Source: Nageia nagi
Lineage: Eukaryota; Plantae; Pinophyta
Assembly (NCBI GenBank): GCA_050084985.1
Contig: JBITNC010000001.1
Location: 67,270,001-67,334,000 of the forward strand
Reading direction: 5' to 3'
Length of the DNA: 64,000 nucleotides
Translations under genes and position numbers: made by a program
Part shown: positions 54,151 through 64,000 of the stretch, piece after piece
How positions within the stretch are numbered: the first letter of the stretch is position 1
How the letters are laid out: the number at the start of each line of letters is the position of its first letter
Notes under the pieces: model-generated
Seen by the model: only the letters and a program-made list of their open reading frames with translations
Database searches by the model: none
Told to the model about the DNA's origin: nothing

Positions 54151-57100
54151 GAAGCCCATTTTGGTCAAAAAAATGGGTCCAAAGAAGGATTACATCATGA
54201 GTAAGACTAAAATCTCTTGGAGTTATTTGCTTCACCTTACAAAGGTGTAAAAAGGAAGTGATATCAACAAAAATAAAAAGAAATTTAAATTAGATGGTCC
54301 AAAAACCAATGATGTTAGATGTAACAAAAGGAGTCTTTGTCCAAGTAAAACTTTACCAAAGAACTTTGAAACATGTTTTGAAGACGAAGAAGGCTCTGGA
54401 ACAACCATTGAAAGATGAAGAAACTCCAAAAGCACCATAGTTAGTTAGAGAACCTTTTATAATTGTAATACAAGTTCAAATAGCACTCAAAAAGCATGCC
54501 CATCATAATTTACAATTAGTTATAGTTTTAGACCTTTCAATTTTTAGAAATAAAGTGCCATGTGGCAGGGATAGTTAGCTATTTATTAAAATAAGGTCAA
54601 AATATTTGGGCCATTTTGTAACTATTTTGTTTCAATCATTTTGTAACTACTCTAGCCTAGTATAAATTTAGTCAAAGATAGGAAAAAAGGGTTGAAATCC
54701 CTAATATTTCCCTTTGTATTTATTTTCAAAGATGTTTTGTTCTATCAGTTATACAATGCCATCTTGACCTTTCTTGTCCAACACTTGGTGTTATTGTTTT
54801 TAATTTGGTTATATTGTGGCAAGTAATGGATATTTCCTAAATGATAACAACAAGTTGGTATAACTATGTCTGCTTATATGGAAGAGTTAAGCTGAAGAAT
54901 AATTTAGAGAATGAAAGCTTACATCATGGTTGCTACACTAGTTTCTTACCAAGGTTTCACACTATGTGAAAGCCTACGTTGAACTAGTGAGTTGCCCCTT
55001 TTTCTTTACTCCTGCTCCCTATCTCTTTTGTTTTATTTCTTGCATTGTATCCTCTTTCATTTCTTTCCTATTATTTGCTCTTTTCATTTGCACCTAATGG
55101 ATAAGGAACCGACCCACTCTAGAGAACAAGTTACTATGTTAGCCTGTTCATGATATGCTTTGGTTGAATCACCTAAGAGTGTATATATTGATCAATTTAT
55201 ATCAATAATATATCTTTTGGAATGCCTGGTGGGCCCCAAACAATTTCATTGGTGACTTTGCTAGAAGCAGTATTGATGGTATGTATCAAGGTAGATTTAT
55301 AGTTCTCATTATTACTACCCAAACCTAAATTCTTTAGTTGCTATTAGAGTTTATGTGGACAAGATCAAAATCTAAATAGATAAAGAGATCCTAGATTTTA
55401 AAGAGCTTGGTACTTCCAGAAGAAAGACACTAATCAATTCTAGATCTTTAAGTAGTATCAACACTTTAGAATCTTTATTAAAAATAGTAGCATTTGACTT
55501 TCATACTGGGACTGCTCCTTCTAAAATGGCTAATCCTACTCCAAATATCTATCTTGCATGGGATGATGGGGTACCTTTGGCTCTAGCTACATTGCATGAT
55601 ATCCTAAGAAATGTCTTTAAACTCTACTTGAGTTTGATGCCACCATGGATAAGATAGCCTATGAACACTATGTGGATGTAGTTGGTCTGGGTAAGCTCCA
55701 TAATATTCAGCATGAAGATGTCATGGTAAGATTGCTAGCATAATCTTTCAAGGGTAGGGTTCTTGAATGGTATAAAAGCCTTGCTAGTAGATCTATAACT
55801 TCCTAGGCTCAGTTGATAGGGCCTTTCATCTTGGAATTTAATGAAGTAAGAGACCCCTTCTCCTTACTAACTCAGTTCACTTCTATCAAAATACATGAAT
55901 AAGAGAATATTCTAAATTTTAATATTAGGTTCCAAAAATCTTGGAAAATGGTTTTGGTATCAGTTAGGTCCTAGGAATCTCAAGCTTTGATGTATTATTT
56001 GAGAGCCTTTCCCCTAGATCTCTCTTTGCAAATTAAAAATTCTGAAGTAACCACTTTTTTGGAGGTCTATATATAAGCAACATTTGCTATAGCTTGTCTC
56101 ATTTTGATGGGAAAAATACCCAACTGCATGTCAATGCCATACTTTCCAATGTTACTACAAAACCAGGTAATAAGACCCTTAGCAATTTGTATGACCCCAC
56201 CTCTGGCTATTTTTCCTACATCAGCTAAATAATTCCCATTATCCTTGCCTATCCCAAGAGCTCCTTTGGATTTACCAACCCCACATTAGTTAGGGACAAA
56301 TAAAGTAGCTTCCTCTCAAACCAAGATACAAGAATTGAAAGCTTTATGTAGGAACATGACAAACTAGATCACCCTCTTGAGTAGACAAAATAATGCTAGG
56401 AGATTTCCATATCTATTTGTAGAAAAATATCAAAATCAACATGTGTTAGTAGAAGATACAAATCAAGCTTATTCTTTCAAATATATAGTAGGCTTATGTT
56501 TGGCTTGTAATGATGCTCATGAATAAACTTCTTGCCCTATATATCAATATTAGGAATACTTGTCTAAAAGTAGAGGAATTCCTCCACTTGGCATGGTTGA
56601 TGACATGAGTTAAAATGTAAATTTGATGAATTTTGACCTAATTGATGTAGGTATTTTTGCTAAAGAAACAAGGTCTACAAAGAGGCCTCATGTATCAAAT
56701 CTACCAGATAAAGGTGCTGAATCTTCAAAAGGTCATGATCCAGTAACCTCCAAGAAGCCTGGTATTGCTCTCAATTCTGCAAACATGACACTCCAAAAAG
56801 AGGTTGCATCTCATAAATTTTCAATTCTACAAGCTAGATAGCTTAAAGTTGATGAAGTCAATGATCAAATGGTCTAAAAGTTAAGGTTCCCCTCACTCAC
56901 TAGGCATTAGAGGAGGGATGATACTTAGTAGTTTCAACAAAGGTTTGTTGACAAAGAAGGTAAGCCTCCAATCATTCATGATTTCAATATTATGGAAGAA
57001 TTAAAGAGAATCCCTTCAATGATATCTTTATTTAACTTTTTATATGACTTTAGAGGTTGATGGGTATGTGCTACATAACTATCTTGTTGATTCCAAAGCA

Positions 57101-60100
57101 GCCACTACCATCATGCCTAAAGTAGTATGTGATGTAATGGGGCTACCTCTCATTAGAACATCCATAGGAGTATTGTAGTTAGACTCAACCCTAGTTAAAA
57201 CTATTTGAGTTATCAAGGATATAGTTGTAAAGATACATAAGTGTCCTTTTGTGGTTATCACTCAAGAAATTGTAGTCATTGAACTACCTCCTCTTTTCAG
57301 GTTATGTCTATCTAGAGAATTCATAGCAAAAATAGGGGGTTATTTAGCAATAGATTACACTCATTATTTAATTCCTTGTGGGGACAAGAGAGTAAAGTTG
57401 GATAATGAAATTTTTTTTGATGTTCATGAGGAAAAGAATGAGGAGATTAATGTAATCCTGAGTGAATTAGAAGAGAGTGAGCTATTGTTGGAAGAATTAC
57501 AAACTAAATACCCCATGTCTATGAATATGCTTAACACCATTTAAGACATGGAGTTTAGGAATTATTGTTTGATGGAATTGGAGCCTTTCATCCCAAAGCT
57601 CACCAATGAAGAGTTTAGAAGGGGTGAAGTCTGGGAAATTTTCTTTGATGGAGCCAAATCTAGAAATGGTTAGGTACTCAGATTGTCTTGATTGATCTAA
57701 TGGGAAAAATTCATAAATTCTTCTATAGGCTTAGATGGATGTGCACCAATAATTTGATTGAGTATGAAGCCCTTTTCCTTAGCTTAAAGTAAGCAATTAA
57801 AATGCATATCCACTATGTGAAAATCAAAGGGGACTTAGAGTTGATTATAAACCAAGTCACAAGCAAGTGTTCTATTAAACATCATTATTTAAAGTCTTAC
57901 AGGAAAAAAGTGTGGGATCTATTTGAAAATTTTGAAGCTCTGCACATACACTCCATTCCAAGGAGCTTGAATCATGAAGTTGATGCATTGACTCAAATGG
58001 GATCCAAATTTGATGCCACTAATGACTAGTTCCAGAAAAGGGGGGTTCAACTTATCTTTAGACCTTCTATTTTGGATAACGATTCCTTTTGGCAAGTATT
58101 TAGAGATGAGGCTCAAATAAATCAATTTTTGTTACAACAATCTGTATGTCATGCGATAGGAGAAGAAGATGTTGACATCTTCTAGGAACAAGATATAATC
58201 CAATTGAACAATAATATAATTCCTACAGATTTGATCCCATTCGAAGGTTTGTTCAACAAAAATGTGAGGTAAAAAGAAAGGTATAATTATAAACCATGAT
58301 AATCATAAGGAGTATGAAATTCTTTCTAGAAAATTTTTAAAAATTGGCATATGTAATAACCTTGATTAGATCAAAGAGATTATTTAGTTGTGTAGAGTTT
58401 TTGCTGATGTAATTGCTTGTTCGTATGATGACCTAAAGGTTTTTGATAAATCTATAATTGAACATATGATAGAATTGATTGAAGATGCCAAGCCTATCAG
58501 ATAGAAGCAAAGGCATATAAACCCTAAGATTGAAGTGGTGATGAAATAAGAAGTTATAAAATTGTATAAAGCTAGTATCATATATCCTATTAAACATTCT
58601 ACATGGGTGGCAAACTTGGTCTGAGTTAGAAAGAAAAATGAAGAGATTCAATTATGTGTGGATTTCAAAGGTTTAAATAGAGTCTCATTAAAACATCATT
58701 ATCCTCTACCACCTATGGAACAAATATTGAATACTATGGTTGGAGCAAAAAGATTCTCATTATTAGATGGTTTTTCAAGGTATAACTAAGTTTGGGTAAA
58801 AAATGAAGATCAATTCAAAATAGCTTTTACAACCAAATGGGGAACATTTGCTTTCTAAATAATGCCTTTTGAATTATAAAATGCAAGAGCAACCTTTCAA
58901 ATAGCTATAGACTATGCTTTTGGAGAAATGGTAAATAAAAGTGTGCTAGTATATTTGGATGATATCACTATTTTCTCTCATGATAGAAGTTCCCATGTGC
59001 AGCATCTAGAGTAGGCTTTTATCAAATGTAAAAGGTATGGAATTTTCTTAAATTTAAAAAGTCTATTTTTGAAGTAGATGGGGGGAAGCTTCTTGAACAT
59101 GTCATTTCAAAATAAGGTTGGGCTATCGATCCAGATTGGATAGAAGCAATAGACAAACTATCTCTCCCTTTGAACAAAAAGGCCTTACAATATTTTCTAG
59201 GATAGATTAACTTTGTAAGAAGATTTGTTCAAGATTTTTCAAGCATTGTTAAGCCTATTACTCTCATATTAAAGAAAAATTCTATGTTGAAATGGATTGA
59301 AGAAGGAAAAGAAGCATTTCAAGGAATCAAGTTTGCAATAACTAAGGTGCCTATCTTAAGGAATCTAGATTTCAGCAAAGAATTCATTTTGTATACATAT
59401 GGCTCTAGTTCAAGTATTATAGCCATCCTAATGTAAAAATTTGAAAAGAATGAGGAATATGCTACTACATTTTTCAATCGAACTATGAATAAGAGCAAAG
59501 AGAAGTACACTTCTATAGAAAAATAGGTCCTAGCAATACTAAAGTATTTGGGAAAGTTGAAACATTATATAAGTCATAGCAGAGTCCTAGTCTTAATTAT
59601 ACATCCAGATGTTAGATCTTATATAATGCAAGGAGAAATTAGGGAGGGGATACCTGGATGGATTTCTAAAATTTTAAGATATGATGTGGAAATCAAACCT
59701 ACTAAACTCATAAGGGGAAAGGCCCTCTGTGAACAATTAGCTAGAGATGTCATAGAAGCAAAAGATAGTGTGTATTTCACCAAATAAGTAATTCTGGATT
59801 AGGAACTAGGTATGGAGGAAAATGACTGGATGGGCCAATTAAATAGGTATTTCAAATCTAGTAAAATACTCATGCATCTAAACATATCATAGAGGAGAAT
59901 ATTTAAAATCCATGCCCAAAATTATACAAAAATTAACCAAGTGCTGTATAGGTGAAATCATGATGGGATATTGTTGAGGTGTATACCTTCATATAATATA
60001 GCAAAGATGATCAAAGAGTTTCATTTTGAGGTATTCAAAGTTCATTATTCTAGTTATACAATTATGGGTAAAATAATTCAAGTACGTTACTACTGGCCCT

Positions 60101-61501
60101 CTATGTTTAGAGCCACTTTTGTGAAGGTTCACTGTTGTGAGAAATGTCAAAGGTTTGTTGGTAGGAAGAGAAAGGGGGCTTTACCATTAGAACCAATTTA
60201 GGTGGAAGCACCTTTCCAATAATGGGGATTAGACTTTATTGGAATTATTATTCCAAATTCCTTGATCAAGCATAAATTCATCCTCATTGCTACTAACTAT
60301 TTCACCAGATGAGCCAAAGCAAAAGCTGTGAAAGAGGCAAATTTGAAAACTATTATAAAATTCATTAAAAAGTTGATTAACAAGTATGAAATTCCTCAAA
60401 CAATCATCTTTGATAATGGATTAGCATTTATAGGGATAGATATCACCAATTTTACTATGAGGTACAAAATCTACTAGAAAACTTCCTCAAATTACTATCC
60501 ACAGGGTAATGGACTTGTGGAATTAATGAATAAGAATTTGTTAAGGATTTTTAAGAGACCTATAGAAGACAATCCCTGTACCTAGCATGAGAAGTTGAAT
60601 TGGGCATTATGGGTAGATAGAATCACTATAAAGTTGGCTATTAAGGCTAGTTCATATGCATTGGTATATGGAAAAAGGGCTTTGTTAACAAGTCATATAG
60701 AGCTTCTTGCTCTAACAATACTTCAAGAATATTGTGAATAATTTGAACCACTTCAAGTATGAATTAATAAACTATTACATTTGGAATAATCTTAGAATAA
60801 GGCGTATCTAGATTTATAAAAGAGAAATGAAGTTGTAAAGAAGTGGTTTGATACCCAAAAATCTTCTTTGGACATCTTTAAAAAAGGATACCTTGTATTA
60901 AAATGGGATGAAGATAGAGCCAAACCCAAAAAGCATAAGAAGTTAAAATCTTTTTGGTCAAGACCATACATCATAGCCAAATGAATTGGGAGAAACACCT
61001 TCAAAATAGCCAAATTGAATGGGTGGAAGCTGCTAATTTCAGTAAATGGGTAGCATTTGAAACATTACAAGCCTATAGGGGTGGGAGAATGCTTTTAAAA
61101 GAGAGTTTACTACCCTTGTAAATATTGTAAATATGATATGTTTTGCACTTAATTTCCAAAGTAGCAGTACATTTCATTCAATAATAATATTAATGGCTTA
61201 GGGCATTTTTAGCATCATTGGAATCGAGGTTCCCAACAAAAGCTAGATAGTATCAAATCAGTTATTAATGCAAATGGTGTGTAACAGTTATATCACATGA
61301 TTGAAAAAGCAAATGCAAGGCATGGGAATTTAAGCATAAAGTAGCAAAGGTAATGCATTTTAAAACATACAAAACCTAGAGCTTTCAAAGAGTAGCAGTT
61401 ATCTAATTTCATAGTCTTTAATAGAGCAGAGAGATGCAAAGCATCATTTGGAATCATTAATTCAAAGCATAGTATTATTAGAAGCATAATCTAAAAGGAA
61501 T

Positions 61502-64000
61502 ATGGTGCCAACTCCAAGAAGGGTAGTTAAAAGGGTTGTAGATTCAATGGAGTTGCTATGGGATACTGAAATAATAGCTTATAATAAGAATCCAAAGGGC
61601 ATCACAGAAGGTAAGTGTCCTATTTTTGGATTTAATCATATCACTCATATACCAATGGGGTCAAGGCTCATGTATTTTATTCCCCATAGATGTTTCTCAA
61701 TACCAAAATTGATAGAGCTAATAAAAGGGGCATTTGATCCTACAATGAGGGTCATAAGAAACTTACAAGGGAGGCTAGTTCTCAGCCTAGACTCCACATC
61801 TCTAGCAAGCACTTTTAATCCACCTACCCTATTTTCTACCCCTCTCTTGATAAATTGGGATATAAGACCAAGTTCAAACATGAGGATGAATATCCTATCC
61901 TAGTTAAACAAGAATGTGGAAGTTGCTATAAATTTCCTAGAAGTTCCAAATTTCAAAGTGTTGTTATCTAGTTTCTCCTTGCATTTGCAATAGTTGTTAT
62001 CTATGTTGTTAGTAGTGAGGTAGGGAAAGGTTAGATAAATATATTTCACTAATAAAGCTTGTAATAACCTATTAGATCTCTCATCCAAATACTCCCACCA
62101 TTTATGTTGGGCTATTACTGTTTCAAATAGAATTTCAAAATAACTAGAAGAAATTGATCAAGGGTCTCACTTTGCATATGCATCATATAGTGTTTGGTTG
62201 TTAATCCATCAAAATTCAAGATTATTCAAAAAGTTTACCTTAATTAAGCATGAAAGAGATGGTTCCCTTAGGTATATGGATAAATGGATTTAGGAAGTAA
62301 GGTCATCGACCAATTACTATGGCTTTGTGGAAAATTTCTTAGTCCCGACCATGAGTCTATTTGCTCCTAAAATTCCAAGGCTATCAGAAGCATCCAAATT
62401 GTATCTTCAGATGCCTCATGGTGAGATTGGGGATTGGTTATTTTTTGAATAGGGAACATTCATTATACTTTATGGTTTTACTGGTGCCCCTTTCTTATTA
62501 CCTATACATGTCATCAACTAGATCTTTAGTATGGAGTATGGAAGGCAAATAGACTATGTAGATGCAAAATACAGAGCTGCAACTAAGAAGAGATTGGTTT
62601 ATGCTTTGCCTCACAAGGTGCATGGATTAGTACTTTAAAGTAGAGGAGTTGGCAACAAATGATGGAGAAGAAACTCAGTTTGAAATTGAAAAGGATCAAT
62701 CAATATAGGTTATACGATCTTGAAGACATGTTTGGTAAAAGGTTGGAAAATTAGCCGAATCCTCCTAGCTTTAAAGTAAAAGCTCAAGTAGAGTTAGATA
62801 AATGGAGAAGTATGGGAGAGAAATATAAACTAATGCCTATGTATTTGATTGCTAAAGATATGCTACCATTATGGATGAGTTTTTATGAAAAGAAGGTAGA
62901 TTTTAATCCAGGGATAGATTCAATTCCAAAAAAATCTTTGGCCACATTAAGAAGGCTTAAGTGGAGTGAGGAGAAAATCATTGCATTTAACCAATACCAA
63001 ATTAAATTGGGGAATAAATTCACTCCTCTTGAGTTTTATCTCAATGATGTGTTCAAAGATATGTGGAATATGGAACACACTTTAGATGACCCTATTGAAG
63101 AGTATCTTGAAAGTGATGATGATGAAGAAGAAGAAGATCAACCAAAAGCCCAAAGGATTAGCCGAAAAGAACAAGCTGGAGAAGAGGTTAGAGAGGCTAC
63201 CTTCCAAGCTATACATGAGACACCAACATAATCCTCTCAATCCTCTCACTAACATAATCACTAACATAATCACTATACCATAATCACCCCACCATCACCA
63301 CCACCACCATTCCTAGTAAATCCCATCAATAGCAACGGCCCAAGTCCCAGCCAAGCCATTCTTACAACACTAGCAAAATAAGTTTTGGCCTCCTTCTCCA
63401 AAGATTTGGGTGTTAGTTCTTTGTTCAGCACTATATATAGGTAGTAGGTGTCTATTGATGGTATTATGCAATAATACCAATAAATAAAGAGCAACCAAGA
63501 AGAATGGATGCAAAGGCAATTGAAGAAAATCCCAATGCTAGATAATCTAGTAAGGATCTAAACTTCTATAGATTCAAAAAATAAAGTGCTAGAGATGGCT
63601 ATAGCCAAATATCTCTAGGAAGGGCATAGTGACTTAACTTCCATGAACACTCAGAAAGCATTACCTAGAGTGACAAGAATGAGCTGTTACAAATTGTTGT
63701 AGACTTGAATATATTAGAGTTGACCAAGTTGGAAGCCAAGTATAACAAGCTTCAAAAAGCTCATGATGCAAAAAAGAAGTAGCTAGTTACATAAAGTATC
63801 AAGCAAAAAGCTACTAATAATAGCCATAAGGATGGAAAAAGTTGCATCAAAATATTCAATCATTGATAGTCTAAATGCCAATATAGCTCAATTACAATAG
63901 AGCATGAGTGAGTACAAAATGGATAGAGATTTCTTGTTAACCATAAAGGCAAAATTTTGGGAATGAAGGTTCCAAGAAATCAAGGACCTGATTCATCTTA
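61502..64000 (+). pseudogene. Degenerate additional ORF downstream of the Tat integrase
   Basis: ORF pieces 61502-61903 and 62812-63231, acidic tract DDDEEEED, Pro/Thr-rich linker ~63230-63360, coiled-coil-like K/E/L-rich end; many stops. Confidence 0.65.

Larger units (their letters stand above)
53573..64000 (+). mobile_element. Tat-lineage Ty3/gypsy retrotransposon (LTR-gag-PR-aRH-RT-RH-INT-extra ORF), runs off the window
   Basis: Putative 5' LTR ~53573-55248; PBS-like TGGTGACTTTGCT at 55250; gag HEDVMVRLLA..LEWYKSL ~55710-55785; protease LVDSKAATTIMP ~57085; aRH WEIFFDGA..TNNLIEYEAL..KGDLELII 57632-58010; RT YLDD 58952-58963; RH ~59380-59760; integrase YYWPSMF..CEKCQ, WGLDFIG, YYPQGNG 59971-61098. 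Confidence 0.92.

Overview
AT-rich, strongly CpG-depleted land-plant nuclear DNA, most likely gymnosperm/conifer (inferred from the Tat element with PR-aRH-RT order and the style of the PPR and LTR sequences). The only intact gene is a three-exon NAC transcription factor of the NAM/CUC/NAC100 type (19276-21150, +, 387 aa). It sits in a ~7 kb CpG-retaining island with a dense upstream cis-element cluster and has no recognisable miR164 site. The rest is nested, degenerate transposon sequence: two inverted copies of one Ty1/copia family, an inverted LTR pair, four L1-type LINEs, Gypsy fragments, a complete non-autonomous LTR element with a gag-plus-acidic-repeat interior, and a Tat-type Gypsy with an extra 3' ORF. 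The most notable observation is three ~1.0-1.1 kb non-autonomous CACTA elements (CACTACTA termini, 3-bp TSDs) carrying captured host gene pieces: PLS-class PPR motifs in two (one insertion, later tandemly duplicated) and the promoter plus N-terminal tail of histone H2B in the third. No database searches were run; identities are by-eye estimates.
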